From Thermoanaerobaculia bacterium (GTDB taxonomy: Bacteria > Acidobacteriota > Thermoanaerobaculia > UBA5066): DNA of 45,538 nt. The stretch is taken from contig CAWFJJ010000014.1 in assembly GCA_963816185.1 (NCBI GenBank), positions 1-45,538 on the forward strand. Reading direction: 5' to 3'. Shown here piece by piece: positions 1 to 8,817 of the stretch (positions are counted from its first letter, which is position 1; each line of letters opens with the position of its first letter). The notes beneath the pieces are model-generated. The model did not search any database, was not told the DNA's origin, and saw nothing but the letters and a program-made list of their open reading frames with translations. Position numbers and translations under genes: made by a program.

Positions 1-1
1 T

Positions 2-319
2 GCTTTCGAGTTGCTCGCCCTTCGGCGACAGGTCGTCGAACGTCTCACCGTAAAGGGAAATAACGGGCAGACGGGAAGGTTCTCCCGGCCCGACCGCTTC
101 CATGTCCTGCGCCGCGCCCCAGAAGCCGTGCTCGGGCCCGAAGAGGACGCGCACGTCGTAGTCCGCACCGAGGAGCGCGCGGGGCGCGGGGACGAAGCCG
201 GCCGTCACGGAGGCGGCATTCGCGAGAAGTCCGATCCTCTTCCCTCGAAGAATCTCGGCCGCCCTCCCGCCTTCCGCCAGCAGGACGTCGAGGCCGGTCG
301 AGGGAGTGGCCGCCGTCAC
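2..319 (-). CDS. DUF1343/NamZ-type exo-beta-N-acetylmuramidase, 5' part (runs off window)
   Basis: Not in ORF track. Manual translation from GTG at 319 (overlaps SpoIID stop) gives TGLDVLL...GKRIGLLANAASV...LFGPEHGF...LPVISLYG, the typical DUF1343 N-terminus. Confidence 0.85.
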   Translation of the reverse strand, partial: MTAATPSTGLDVLLAEGGRAAEILRGKRIGLLANAASVTAGFVPAPRALLGADYDVRVLFGPEHGFWGAAQDMEAVGPGEPSRLPVISLYGETFDDLSPKGEQLES

Positions 320-1212
320 CCGACGGAGTCTAGCCGGACCAGCTCGGCTCCCCGGTAGTAGAGGGCGAGGATCGCGTCCCGACTTTCGCCTCGCTTCGCT
401 CGCGCGATCGCACCGGCCTGGCACATCCCGGCGCCGTGCCCCGTGCCGCGCCCTGAGAGGACGTACGCGGGCCGGGTCTCCCCGAGCGTGAACGCCGTCG
501 AGCGCACCGAGTCCCAGCCCCACAGCTCCGACGCCGCCCTCCGGAACTCGAAGCCGCGCACCACGCGCGAAGCTCCGCCCCGGGCGGCGAAGCGCACCAT
601 CGAGACCCGTCCGCTCGGGTCCTGGCCGTACACCTCGAGAAAGCGGGCGTCCCCGAACCCGAGCGAAAGAGAGAGCGTGGAAAGCGCGGCCCTCCGAATC
701 GTGAACGACCAGGTCGCGCCCGGAGCCCCGAGGCAGGCGTCGTCCTCGACGGACTCCAGTTCGGGGACGTCCTCGTCGTCCCAGACATCTCTTGGGCGCG
801 CGGTCCGACCCCCGCACACGGCGTGAAAAGGAGCCGCGATGACACGCCCCTTCTGCGTCAAGACGAGACCTTGGGTCGCGGCCGCGGCCCGCCGCGAGTC
901 CTCCGTAGCGGCGGCGAGCCCGTGGAACACCTGGCAGTGCGTTCCGTCGCACAAATCCGCGCCGTCCTCGAGATGGCGCTCTCCCCGCGCGAGGGCGTAC
1001 GAGCGCGCTGCGACGGCCTGCGCTTCGAGCGCGGCCGCGGGCGCGCGGCCGATCTCCGGAGGCACTACGGCCGCGACGTAAGCCTCGAGGTCGACTTCTT
1101 CGACCACATGGGTCTTCAGGCGAAGGATCTTCCGCGTGCGCGCGGCCGAAGGCAGGGCCCGAAACGGCGCGACGAGCGCAAGAAGCGAAGCGAGCAGGGA
1201 CCTCCGGGTCAC
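316..1212 (-). CDS. SpoIID/LytB domain peptidoglycan lytic transglycosylase
   Basis: LEAYVAAVVPPE, ALEAQAVAARSYA, DLCDGTHCQV, GHGAGMCQ motifs; Tat-like TRRSLL leader. Confidence 0.9.
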   Translation of the reverse strand: MTRRSLLASLLALVAPFRALPSAARTRKILRLKTHVVEEVDLEAYVAAVVPPEIGRAPAAALEAQAVAARSYALARGERHLEDGADLCDGTHCQVFHGLAAATEDSRRAAAATQGLVLTQKGRVIAAPFHAVCGGRTARPRDVWDDEDVPELESVEDDACLGAPGATWSFTIRRAALSTLSLSLGFGDARFLEVYGQDPSGRVSMVRFAARGGASRVVRGFEFRRAASELWGWDSVRSTAFTLGETRPAYVLSGRGTGHGAGMCQAGAIARAKRGESRDAILALYYRGAELVRLDSVG

Positions 1213-1245
1213 GTGGAATGAATTGTAGCGGCCGGCCTGCCGAGG

Positions 1246-1752
1246 TCAGCTTCGCCCAGACCCGGGATGCGCGTCGCCCGCCTCGCCGCGAAGCGTCGCC
1301 ACGGCGTGGGGAAGCACGGAGGCCACGGCTTCCAGGCACTCGACCGCGCCGCGGGGCGAGCCCGGAAGGTTCACGATGAGCGTCCGCCCGCACACGGCCG
1401 CGACCTGCCGCGACAGGATCGCTGTGGGTACGGCCGTGCGGGTCGCCTCCCGCATGACTTCCGCGAGGCCGGGCACCTCGTAATCGAAGATGTCGCGCGT
1501 CGCTTGCGGTGTGACGTCCCGCGCCGAGAGGCCCGTGCCGCCCGTCGTGAGCACGAGATCGGCTGCGCCCGTGTCCGCGAGGCGCTTGAGATTCCAGGCG
1601 ATGTCCTCGCGCTCGTCGGGCAGGATCGTCTGCTCCACGATGACGGCGCCCGTGAGCAGGCGCTGCACCCCTTCGGCCACGGCGGGCCCGCTCTTGTCGG
1701 CGCGCTCGCCGTCGTACGACCGGTCCGAGATCGTCAGGATCGCGACGCGCAC
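1246..1752 (-). CDS. mog: Molybdopterin adenylyltransferase, MogA/MoaB family
   Basis: ILTISDR, D.SGP, TTGGTGLSARDVTP, NLPGSP motifs. Confidence 0.9.
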   Translation of the reverse strand: MRVAILTISDRSYDGERADKSGPAVAEGVQRLLTGAVIVEQTILPDEREDIAWNLKRLADTGAADLVLTTGGTGLSARDVTPQATRDIFDYEVPGLAEVMREATRTAVPTAILSRQVAAVCGRTLIVNLPGSPRGAVECLEAVASVLPHAVATLRGEAGDAHPGSGRS

Positions 1753-1759
1753 GGCGCCA

Positions 1760-2773
1760 TCAGCCGCCGATCTCGCTCATGTTCCGGGCGTGCAGGGGCA
1801 GCGCCGACTTGCTCATGCCGACGAACATGGGGTGGCGCTCTTCCTTGATCGCGGCCGCCCTCGTCACGAGGGCGCGAAGCTCCTCGTCGCTCGCGCCCGC
1901 GCGCATCGGCTTCAGAAGGTCCACGTCCGCGTGCCCGAAGAGACACCCCTTCAGGAACCCGTCCTGCGTGAGCCGCATGCGATTGCAGGTGTCGCAGAAG
2001 CGATCCGAGACGGGCGTGATGAAGCCGATCGAGCCCGTGTGGACGCCCGCGGGCGAGGTGACGGAATACTCGTCGGCGGGCCCGGCCACGAGCGTCTTGA
2101 CGATCGGCGAAAGGACGTAACCGGCGGAGGCGAGGCGGTCCCACACCTCTTCCCACCCCACCCAGTCCGATTCCTTCCAGTCGTTGTCGCCGAACGGCAT
2201 GAATTCGATGAAGCGCACGCCGAGCTTCTTGTCCTTCGTCATCGCGGCGAGCGGGAGGATCTGGTCGTCGTTGAGGCCACGGATGACCACCGCATTGATC
2301 TTCACGGATTCGAAGGGCAGCGAGAGGGCGAGGGCGATCGACTCGACGACCGGCTTGAAATGGTCCCGCCGCGTCAACTTGCGGAAGTGCTCGGCCTCGG
2401 CGGCGTCCAGCGAGACGTTCACTTTCGTGAGGCCCGCCGCGAGGAGGTCGTGCGCCATCCGCGGGAAGAGGACGCCGTTCGTCGAAAGGGCGATCCCGCC
2501 CGGGAAGGAGATCGCGGCGAGATCGCCCACGATGTCCACGAGATCGGGGCGCGTCGTCGGCTCGCCGCCCGTGATGCGCACCTTCTCGACCCCGAAATCC
2601 GCGAGGAGGCGCGCCGCGCGGCGGATCTCCTGGCGCGAGAGGAGGTGCGGCAGCGGCCGGAACTTCTGGTCTTCCGGCATGCAGTAGATGCAGCGGAGGT
2701 TGCAGCGGTCCGTGACGGAGATCCGCACGTAGGTGATGCGGCGTCCGTGCCCGTCGATGAGCGCCTGATCCAT
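1760..2773 (-). CDS. moaA: GTP 3',8-cyclase (radical SAM)
   Basis: RISVTDRCNLRCIYC, second cluster CDTC...C, C-terminal MSEIGG; GGAGG RBS. Confidence 0.97.
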   Translation of the reverse strand: MDQALIDGHGRRITYVRISVTDRCNLRCIYCMPEDQKFRPLPHLLSRQEIRRAARLLADFGVEKVRITGGEPTTRPDLVDIVGDLAAISFPGGIALSTNGVLFPRMAHDLLAAGLTKVNVSLDAAEAEHFRKLTRRDHFKPVVESIALALSLPFESVKINAVVIRGLNDDQILPLAAMTKDKKLGVRFIEFMPFGDNDWKESDWVGWEEVWDRLASAGYVLSPIVKTLVAGPADEYSVTSPAGVHTGSIGFITPVSDRFCDTCNRMRLTQDGFLKGCLFGHADVDLLKPMRAGASDEELRALVTRAAAIKEERHPMFVGMSKSALPLHARNMSEIGG

Positions 2774-2801
2774 GTCGCCGCCTCCTGAGAACGAGTCTAA
2801 C

Positions 2802-3329
2802 TCAGCCTGCTGACCCGCGGCGCCACCGCCCGCTCTTGCCGCCTGTCTTCTCGAGGAGGACGATCTCGCGGATCTCGATGCCCTTGTCGGCCGCCTTGCA
2901 CATGTCGTAAAGAGCGAGCGCGGCCGCCGATGCGGCGACGAGCGCTTCCATCTCGTATCCGGTCTTGCCGGTCCCCTTGACCTCGGTCGTGATCTCGACC
3001 ACGGACTTCTGATGGCGCGGCTCGAGGCTCACGTCGACGGAGTCGAACGCGAGCGGATGGCAGAGCGGGATCCACTCGGCCGTGCGCTTGGCCGCCTGGA
3101 TCCCCGCGAGACGCGCGATGGCGAGAGCGTCGCCCTTGCGGTTCACGGCGGCGTCGAGCGCGAGAAAGGCGGCCCCGCCGAGCGACACGAGAGCGCGGGC
3201 GCGGGCCGTGCGGAGGGTCGGCCGTTTGAGCGACACGTCGACCATGCGGGCCCGGCCCTCAGCGTCGAGGTGGCTGAGCGGCCGCGCCGTCGCGGCCTTC
3301 CGCCGGGGCTTCCCTTTCGAGCTCTTCAT
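2802..3329 (-). CDS. moaC: Cyclic pyranopterin monophosphate synthase
   Basis: LSHLD..G.ARMVDVS, IPLCHP, GYEMEAL, LYDMCKA, KTGGKSG; start moved to ATG 3329 with GGAGG RBS. Confidence 0.95.
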   Translation of the reverse strand: MKSSKGKPRRKAATARPLSHLDAEGRARMVDVSLKRPTLRTARARALVSLGGAAFLALDAAVNRKGDALAIARLAGIQAAKRTAEWIPLCHPLAFDSVDVSLEPRHQKSVVEITTEVKGTGKTGYEMEALVAASAAALALYDMCKAADKGIEIREIVLLEKTGGKSGRWRRGSAG

Positions 3330-3891
3330 ATTCCTCCGGGGTGTTGACGTTGAAGAAATTCGCCGGAGCGCCTCCGGCCATCGCGGCCGTGACCTCTTCG
3401 GGGATGAGCACGGCGTGAAAAGCATGGAGCGCCGCGATGAGAGAGTAATCGCCGGCCTCGAGCCGCGAGAGGAGCGGCCCGAGCGCGGACCGCCGCCACA
3501 CGGCGCAGAGAGGCTGCGCCCGGCCGCCCGAGACCGGCACCACGGCGGGCGCGTGAATCGCTTCGGCGACGTCCAGGAGAGCCGCGAGAAACGACTCGGG
3601 GCAGCGCGGCACGTCCGCCGCGAGGACGAGATTCGTCTCCTCCGGCGAGAACGCAAGAGCCGCGGCGACGCCGAACGCCGCGGCCGTTTCGGGCGCACCG
3701 TCGGTCACGTAGGGAAAGCGGGAGTCGCCGAACGCCTTGGGGTCCTTCCCGACGAGGGCGACACGCCCGCACACGACGGTGAGCTTCTCGGCCTGATGGA
3801 GTGCCATCGGGACTCCCCGGTAGGGCAGGCGCGTCTTGTCGCGGCCCATCCGCTCCGAGCGACCGCCCACGAGGACGAACCCGTATGGCAT
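3259..3891 (-). CDS. mobA: Molybdenum cofactor guanylyltransferase
   Basis: LVGGRSERMGRDK, QPLCAVW, FFNVNTPEE; start at ATG 3891. Confidence 0.9.
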   Translation of the reverse strand: MPYGFVLVGGRSERMGRDKTRLPYRGVPMALHQAEKLTVVCGRVALVGKDPKAFGDSRFPYVTDGAPETAAAFGVAAALAFSPEETNLVLAADVPRCPESFLAALLDVAEAIHAPAVVPVSGGRAQPLCAVWRRSALGPLLSRLEAGDYSLIAALHAFHAVLIPEEVTAAMAGGAPANFFNVNTPEEYEELEREAPAEGRDGAAAQPPRR

Positions 3892-3900
3892 CGTGGCGGG

Positions 3901-4638
3901 ATGGTACCGCCGTCGCCGCCTTCGGATCGCATCGCGGTCATCGTCCCCGTGGCGGCCGGCGAAGGTCTCCCACCGGGGATTTTCTTCGAGAGGGTTCTGG
4001 CAGCGGAGGGACCCGTTTCGCTCGTCGTCGCGGCAGATTCGGAGATTTCTTCGAATGTGTGTGAGGCCTTCTCTCGTGCAGGGGCTCGTATCCACCGGTC
4101 GCACGCGGCGCGCGGACAGCGCCTACGCGAGGCGGCCCTCTTCACCTTCAAAGAATCGTCTTCTTCCTCTTCTTCTTCCTCTTCAGCAGACATCTTCCTC
4201 TTTCTTCACGCCGACACGCTGCTGCCCGCCGGATGGGAGCGGGCGATCCGCCGCGCGATCACCTCGCGGGCCGTCGGCGGCGCGTTCCGGCTGTCTTTCT
4301 CCGGCGGCGGCGCGCGCATGCGGTGGGTCGCATTCTGGGCGAATGCCCGCACGGCGTTCACGCACGTTCCTTACGGCGACCAGGCTCCGTTCGTGAGGCG
4401 CGACGTCTACGAGAAGCTCGGCGGCCATCCGCCCTGGCCGCTCCTCGACGACTGGGATTTCGCGAGGAGGCTCAAGAAAGAAGGGAGCATCGAGATTCTC
4501 CGGGACGCGGTGGAAACCTCCCCGCGACGTTACCTCGAGCGCGGCGTCGCACGGACCGTCTGGAAGAACTGGAAGACACTTTGGCGCTTCAGGCGAGGAG
4601 CGAGCCCCGAAGAGGTCGCAAGGAACTACAGGAAGTAG
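3901..4638 (+). CDS. GT2 glycosyltransferase, TIGR04283 (rSAM/selenodomain-associated) type, with poly-Ser insert
   Basis: RGQRL, FLHADTLLP, GGAFRL, PYGDQ, TSPRRY motifs; start uncertain. Confidence 0.8.
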   Translation: MVPPSPPSDRIAVIVPVAAGEGLPPGIFFERVLAAEGPVSLVVAADSEISSNVCEAFSRAGARIHRSHAARGQRLREAALFTFKESSSSSSSSSSADIFLFLHADTLLPAGWERAIRRAITSRAVGGAFRLSFSGGGARMRWVAFWANARTAFTHVPYGDQAPFVRRDVYEKLGGHPPWPLLDDWDFARRLKKEGSIEILRDAVETSPRRYLERGVARTVWKNWKTLWRFRRGASPEEVARNYRK

Positions 4639-4651
4639 ACGCCTTTCCGTA

Positions 4652-6151
4652 TTAGGGATCAGCGGGGGACTCTCGATTTGACGGCGACACGGCGCCGCCG
4701 GGCCCGATCCGGCGCCAGGACCCGATGGAGCCGGCACGCCCGACATTCTCCGAGTGCTCCGTCAGGAAGCGGTAGAGCGCGCTGCTCCGAACCTTCTCTT
4801 GGGCGGGGCCGGGCTCGCGGAACAGAACGAGACTCCCTTGGGCCCTCGAGAGCCCCTCGACCAGCCTCTGGTCGAGGCCGTCCTTGTTGAGGACCCACGA
4901 GATCCCAACGCTCAGGTGTGGACTGGCGCTCGGGAAGGTTCCCGTGAGCGCGTAGATGCTCTCCCTGGCCGCCAGGAAATTGAAGAATCGCCCCCCGGGC
5001 TCAATCCGTTCCCGGACGACGCGGACCTCGTTTTGGGTCGCCTTGTCGTCCCACCAGAGAGCCGGTCCCCCGACGTGATCCAGCGCCACCGGGCCGGTGT
5101 CCGCGAGGAGGATGATCGCCTGAACGGCCAGCAGCCCGCCGCCAGTTCCCATCAGAAGCAGCAGACGCGGGCGCCGCCGCCGCCGGCCGGTGCGCCCGAG
5201 GACGGGACGAAGGACCTGAATACTTCGCCCGGCGGCAAGGGCAGCGAGCACCGGGACCGCGCCAAAGTGGGCGATGCCCCAGCGCGGGAGCGCCATCATC
5301 GCGAGGGTGCCGGCGATCAACGGCAGCGGGGACGCGAGCCGGGCGGCGGGGAGAAGGCCGCGGACGACGGAGAGGGCAGCGACGGAGAGGAAGAGGATCA
5401 ACGGCTGGAGGAGCTCATCCCACGAGGGGAGCGAGCCGGCTTCGCGTGCGTAGCTCGAGAAGAGAGGAATCGTAAGCGTCCAGCGAATGTGCGCGGTCGT
5501 GCCGAAGACGAGGCCCCAGCAGGCCGCGAACGCAAGATAGGGAACCGCACCGGCCAAAGTGAGAGCCACCGCGGACCGGCGCGAGCACCGCCGGCTCGCC
5601 AGAACGAGCCACGCGAGGGCGCCGACGAGAGCCCACGCTGCGGTTTGCTTGACGAGGACCGCCGACCCCAACGCGAGGCCCGACAGGATCAGGGAACGGT
5701 CGTCGCCTCGCCGCTCGAACGTCTCGAGCCCGAGGACTGCGGCGGCGACGAAGGGCGCCGCGAGGGGCTCCTGCCAGAGGGCCGGCCCTTCGCACAAGAC
5801 AGTCATGACCATCAGCAGGAGGAGCCCGACCGCGAGCGCTGCGACGTCGCTCGCCTTCCATCCGCGTCGCCGCCGCAGTCCGAGGGCGACGAGGGCGCCG
5901 CAGGCCGCGAGCGGCAGGGCGATGGCGGTTCTAATCATCGCGGTGTCGAACGACATCGCCCTACCGAGAGCGGCCACGAGGACGAGCTGGCCCGGGGTCT
6001 TCTCCATGAAGACGGAGTCGTACAGGCGCCACCCATGCGCCATCAGATAACCCGCATTGACGATCTCCGGCCACGCGATCACGGCCAGGACGTACGCCGG
6101 CAGTGCCGAGAGGAGGGCTGCCGCGAGGGCGATGCGGATTGTTGCCGCCAT
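4652..6151 (-). CDS. Polytopic membrane protein, probable GT-C (ArnT/PMT-like) glycosyltransferase
   Basis: Many TM segments; LYDSVFMEKTPG and LVKQT motifs typical of GT-C proteins. Confidence 0.65.
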   Translation of the reverse strand: MAATIRIALAAALLSALPAYVLAVIAWPEIVNAGYLMAHGWRLYDSVFMEKTPGQLVLVAALGRAMSFDTAMIRTAIALPLAACGALVALGLRRRRGWKASDVAALAVGLLLLMVMTVLCEGPALWQEPLAAPFVAAAVLGLETFERRGDDRSLILSGLALGSAVLVKQTAAWALVGALAWLVLASRRCSRRSAVALTLAGAVPYLAFAACWGLVFGTTAHIRWTLTIPLFSSYAREAGSLPSWDELLQPLILFLSVAALSVVRGLLPAARLASPLPLIAGTLAMMALPRWGIAHFGAVPVLAALAAGRSIQVLRPVLGRTGRRRRRPRLLLLMGTGGGLLAVQAIILLADTGPVALDHVGGPALWWDDKATQNEVRVVRERIEPGGRFFNFLAARESIYALTGTFPSASPHLSVGISWVLNKDGLDQRLVEGLSRAQGSLVLFREPGPAQEKVRSSALYRFLTEHSENVGRAGSIGSWRRIGPGGAVSPSNRESPADP

Positions 6152-6173
6152 GCCCCTATCCCCGTCTGCGTCC

Positions 6174-7376
6174 CTAGACCAGCTTCAGGATGTGTCCCAT
6201 CTTGGCTTTCTTCGTGGTCAGGTAATCGCGTGTGCCGTCCGTCGGAGGGATCTCGAGCGGGACGCGCTCGACGATCTCGAGGCCGTAGCCGTCGATCGCG
6301 ACGTACTTCGAGGGGTTGTTCGTCAGGAGGCGGATCTTCCGCACGCCGAGGTCCCGCAGGATCTGGCAGCCGATGCCGTAGTCACGGACGTCGGGCGCGA
6401 AGCCGAGCTTCTCGTTTGCGGCGACGGTGTCGAGGCCCTGCTCCTGGAGCTCGTAGGCGCGCAGCTTGTTCACGAGGCCGATGCCACGGCCTTCCTGAAG
6501 GAGATAGAGGAGCACGCCTTTTCCCTCCCGCGCGATCAGCTCCATCGCGCGCTCGAGCTGCGACCCGCAGTCGCAACGTTCCGAGTGGAAGACGTCGCCG
6601 GTGAGGCAGGAGGAGTGCACGCGGACGAGAACGGGCTCGTCCTCGCTCCACTCTCCCGCCACGAGCGCCACGTGCTCCTCGTGCGTGACGTCGGACCGAT
6701 AGGCGACGATGCGGAAAAGGCCGTTGCGCGTCGGCAGCGTGGGGGAGGCGATGCGCTGCACGAGGCGCTCCGTGCGCATCCTGTGGCGGATGATGTCGGC
6801 CACCGAGACGATCGGAACGCCGTGCTTCTCGGAGAAGATGAGGAGGTCCGGGACGCGGGCCATCGTCCCGTCCTCGTTCATGATCTCGCAGATGACGGCC
6901 GCGGGCATGAGGCCGGCGACGCGCGCGAGGTCGACGGACGCCTCCGTCTGGCCCGCCCGCTTGAGGACTCCGCCCTTCCTCGCCCTCAGCGGAAACATAT
7001 GGCCGGGCCGCAGCAGGTCTTGCGACTTCGTCTTCGGGTCGATGAGCGTCTTCACCGTCACCGCGCGGTCGGCCGCCGAGATGCCGGTCGTCGTCTTGCC
7101 GCGCGCTTCGACGGACACGGTGAAGGCTGTCCCGTAATTGGACGTGTTCTGCTCGACCATCGGATGCAGATCCAGCTCGTCGCAGCGCTCCTCCGTGAGC
7201 GAGACGCAGACGAGCCCGCGGCCCTCGCGGGCCATGAAGTTGATCGCGGCGGGCGAGATGTGCTCGGCCGCGATGCAGAGGTCGCCCTCGTTCTCGCGAT
7301 CCTCGTCGTCGACGATGATCACGAAGCGCCCCTCCTTGTAGACAGCCGCGGCCTCAGTGATGGAGACGAATCCCAC
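6174..7376 (-). CDS. ribBA: Bifunctional DHBP synthase / GTP cyclohydrolase II
   Basis: [41 protein letters not shown]; GTG start with AAAGGA RBS. Confidence 0.97.
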   Translation of the reverse strand: MGFVSITEAAAVYKEGRFVIIVDDEDRENEGDLCIAAEHISPAAINFMAREGRGLVCVSLTEERCDELDLHPMVEQNTSNYGTAFTVSVEARGKTTTGISAADRAVTVKTLIDPKTKSQDLLRPGHMFPLRARKGGVLKRAGQTEASVDLARVAGLMPAAVICEIMNEDGTMARVPDLLIFSEKHGVPIVSVADIIRHRMRTERLVQRIASPTLPTRNGLFRIVAYRSDVTHEEHVALVAGEWSEDEPVLVRVHSSCLTGDVFHSERCDCGSQLERAMELIAREGKGVLLYLLQEGRGIGLVNKLRAYELQEQGLDTVAANEKLGFAPDVRDYGIGCQILRDLGVRKIRLLTNNPSKYVAIDGYGLEIVERVPLEIPPTDGTRDYLTTKKAKMGHILKLV

Positions 7377-7423
7377 GTTCTTTGTCCTTTCGGAATCCCG
7401 GCCGGCGCCGCGGCCGCTCGGCA

Positions 7424-8797
7424 TCAATTGTACCGGGAAGCGCCCGGGCCGCCGGCCGGCGAGCCTCCGTCGAGACGGAACCCCTTGAAGGGATGATCCG
7501 CGAGGACGGACCTCTTGCCGATTTCCTTGACGAGGGTCTTCAGAAAGCCCTCGAACTGGTGCGCGGCCGGCAGGAAAGACCTCGGAGGCCTCTCGCGGGA
7601 GAAGCCGGCGAGGAAGCGCTCGAACAGCGACCAGTCCTTGAACATGAGGTGGCGCATCCCGCTCCGGCGGAAGGACTCGAGCTCGGCCACGAGAGGCCGC
7701 AGCGACTTCTTGTCGGGCGCTTTCACGAAATCATGAGTCGCTTTCACGAGCTGAGAGAGCTCGTCTCTCAGGACGAGGCTCTGGTCGAGACGCGTCCGGT
7801 ACTCGGGGAAGAGCGAGCGCTCGTCGAGCCCCGACGAAAAGGTCTCGGCAAGCGAGATGACGCTCTGCTGGTAAAGGTCGCGCACGAGGGCGGCCGCATC
7901 CTCGAGGCGCGTGAGGACGAGAGCCGGATCCTTCATGAGAACGACGTCGACGAGCTCGACGTCCATGACTTTCTTCACTTCCGCCTCGAGCGCGGCCACG
8001 ATGCGCCCCAGCCCGGCGGCCTGGGGCGATCCTTCCGGGAAGCGTGGCGCGAGGCGCTTCGAGATGAACGAGGCGATGGACTCGCTCTCTCCTTTGAGGA
8101 GGCTGAAGACGAGAAGAGCGCGGGTGCGCGTGGCGGGCGACTCGGCGGCGGTGCGTGCTCGGTCCGCGTAGCGCAGCCCCTTGAAGAGCGCCACGAAAAG
8201 CGCCGCCAGCGCGCCCCGGTGCGAAGGCTCGGGCAGGCTCTCGAGCACCCGGCCCAGCGATTGTTTCGACTCCTTGTCGAGAACCGGCCGCAGGTTCTCG
8301 CGGAACAGGATGCCGAGATTGGGGTCCTGCCGGAGCGTGCCGACCACGATCCGCCCGAGCGACAGGTACGTCTGGAGCGCGACGAAGGGCGCGCGCGCGA
8401 GCTCGTCGAGAATCTTCGCGAAATCCTCGAGCTTCTCGACGACGAGCGCGAGCTCCGTCTCGGCGTTTCCGCGGCGGCGCGCGGGCATCTCGCCGCTGCC
8501 AGTCCGCGCGACCTGGCTGTCGAGGTACACGAGGAACGACGCGAGGTCTTCCTTGCCTTCCCCGAGGAGCTGCGTCGTGAGCATCGCCATGTGGGCGACG
8601 CCGGCGCGCACGGCGCCCACCTCCTCCACGTAATTCTTGAGCGACGCGTGCGAACGCTCGAAGGCCGAGAGCGGAAGGCAGTCGACCTGGAAGAACCGCT
8701 CGAGGCCTTTCAGCCACATCTCCATCTCGAACAGATAGTCGTACTTGACCCGGTTCGAGAAGAGGGCCGAGGTCTCGAGAACCGTGAAGCGGGGCAT
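7424..8797 (-). CDS. Hypothetical alpha-helical cytoplasmic protein (457 aa)
   Basis: Long ORF with host-like codon usage; TAGAAT -10 5 nt upstream; no family recognised. Confidence 0.8.
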   Translation of the reverse strand: MPRFTVLETSALFSNRVKYDYLFEMEMWLKGLERFFQVDCLPLSAFERSHASLKNYVEEVGAVRAGVAHMAMLTTQLLGEGKEDLASFLVYLDSQVARTGSGEMPARRRGNAETELALVVEKLEDFAKILDELARAPFVALQTYLSLGRIVVGTLRQDPNLGILFRENLRPVLDKESKQSLGRVLESLPEPSHRGALAALFVALFKGLRYADRARTAAESPATRTRALLVFSLLKGESESIASFISKRLAPRFPEGSPQAAGLGRIVAALEAEVKKVMDVELVDVVLMKDPALVLTRLEDAAALVRDLYQQSVISLAETFSSGLDERSLFPEYRTRLDQSLVLRDELSQLVKATHDFVKAPDKKSLRPLVAELESFRRSGMRHLMFKDWSLFERFLAGFSRERPPRSFLPAAHQFEGFLKTLVKEIGKRSVLADHPFKGFRLDGGSPAGGPGASRYN

Positions 8798-8817
8798 GAA
8801 TCATTCTAAGCCCGGGC

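Noticed and set aside
7377-7440. FMN riboswitch upstream of ribBA
   Set aside because: The leader is only about 50 nt after a TACAAT box, with no RFN consensus
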